Positions 62,257-64,000 of a DNA stretch of 64,000 nt are shown in pieces. Every line of letters begins with the position of its first letter. Position 1 is the first letter of the stretch. The notes beneath the pieces were generated by a model. The model was not told the origin of the DNA. It was given only the letters and a program-made list of their open reading frames with translations, and made no database searches. Origin of the DNA: Eledone cirrhosa (lineage: Eukaryota); NCBI GenBank assembly GCA_964016885.1, contig CAXHJY010001100.1:62001-126000 (forward strand), read 5' to 3'. The position numbers were made by a program, and so were the translations under genes.

Positions 62257-62806
62257 CACACACACATATATATATATATATACATACACACACACACGTA
62301 TATATATATATATATATATATGGTGGCTGCCAACTCGTTTTCGAGTACGGCCACTACTTTATATCCATGTAGGAGAACCCCTACCGATGCGCTGAACGAA
62401 TGTGACTTTTTAGTCCAGCCAGCGACTTGAAAACTCTGGTACAAAGCCTACACTTGTGACCATTATTGACACATAGTGCAGGGCCCATGATACCATGTGA
62501 TGACAAGTGCAGAGAGATCTCCAGATATAAAGCAATGCCTGTGCTGTGAAGCTTTTATAGTGAGCAAAGGCACTGCACAAAGCCAGTCCCACTCTCTCAA
62601 CCAAGATGATATTTACCAAAAAGAAGAACAAGTCAACATCATTGGATACCATCAGGGTTGCAGGTGTTATATCAGAGTTTTCCTTCTCCTAGAATTCTGC
62701 CTTGGACGAAATAGAAATCATAAAAATATATATGAAGTTAATTTGAGCATAAAATAACATTATTGTAATTTTCAACTTTTTGTCTTGAAAAATATATCAT
62801 GTAGCG

Positions 62807-62870
<64 letters not shown>

Positions 62871-62909
62871 CACACACACATATATATATACATACACACA
62901 CACACACAC

Positions 62910-62979
<70 letters not shown>

Positions 62980-63088
62980 GCTACATGATATATTTTTCAA
63001 GACAAAAAGTTGAAAATTACAATAATGTTATTTTATGCTCAAATTAACTTCATATATATTTTTATGATTTCTATTTCGTCCAATTTTC

Positions 63089-63171
63089 TATTGAGTCGTC
63101 AAGTACGAAATTTGTAGAAATTAGTTTCTTTTCAACAAATTTCTACAAATTTCATACTCGACGACCCAATA
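63089..63171. mobile_element. Tiny TA-flanked inverted-repeat element (Tc1/mariner-like MITE)
   Basis: TA-TTGAGTCGTCAAGTACGAAATTTGTAGAAATT...AATTTCTACAAATTTCATACTCGACGACCCAA-TA. Confidence 0.5.
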
Positions 63172-63342
63172 CAATAAAGAACGTTTTATGATCTCGTTTT
63201 GGATGTAACTTGTACACACTTAATGTTTTCTTATTGCTAGTATGTACTCTGGTTTTACCGTCTACAAAGACATCTACACACACACACATGACACCACGCC
63301 TGTTCTATGTGTATATATATGTATATGTTTGTATATATACAC

Positions 63343-63421
<79 letters not shown>

Positions 63422-63484
63422 TTTATCGGGACTTCGAAGAAAAAATAGGTATATATCTGTGTCTATTATTTCCTCTTATTTTAG

Positions 63485-63524
<40 letters not shown>

Positions 63525-63720
63525 CGGAGGAAATGTGGTAATGAACCAGGTGGACCATAACGCACCAAAGTACTCAATACTTAGGGTAGTAGAGTGGGTA
63601 ATAGGAACGAGTAGGACCCCGACGGCTGAGCTCAAGCCGTTTCGACGGCTAATTCTGGACTCAGAGTCCAGAATTAGCCGTCGAAACGGCTTGAGCTCAG
63701 CCGTCGGGGTCTTACTCGTT

Positions 63721-63807
<87 letters not shown>

Positions 63808-64000
63808 CTCTCTCTCATTATATATATATATAGAGAGAGAGAGAGGGGAGGGGAGAATGAGAGAAGAGGGGGATAAGGTCGGGAGGAGTGGTGGGAAAAT
63901 AGAAAGTAATAAGTATATGAGAATTCGGTATACCCAATAGGAGAGATGCATAGGTATATATATATATATTATATATATATACACACACACATATATGTAT

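Overview
AT-rich, microsatellite-saturated eukaryotic DNA. The SINE and LINE repertoire points to an octopod cephalopod (inference from recognised repeat motifs). Almost all ORFs in the supplied track are translations of (TA)n, (CA)n, (CTA)n or (GGT)n tracts. The recognisable content is mostly mobile. It includes many tRNA-headed Meta/MESC-like and CORE-like SINEs, decayed Tx1/L1 and RTE LINE pieces (one twin-primed, and a Tx1 family that sits in (TATC)n tracts), and Tc1/mariner and hAT remnants. There are also a few candidate minus-strand exons, the best being a signal-peptide first exon at 11397-11517. The most striking signal is a community of short, sequence-unrelated, non-coding families inserted mostly in (TA)n. 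Most carry type I hammerhead ribozyme cores (CUGANGA...GAAA...NUH), with covarying stems in two families. They form asymmetric fold-back palindromes, often turning exactly on a ribozyme stem. Five families share a TYGAGTRC motif about 45-80 nt from their 3' end. They look like non-autonomous Penelope-like/retrozyme-type elements. In addition, three retroelement 5' junctions are fused to perfect inverted copies of the flank beyond a (TA)n tract, i.e. an inverted target-site duplication.
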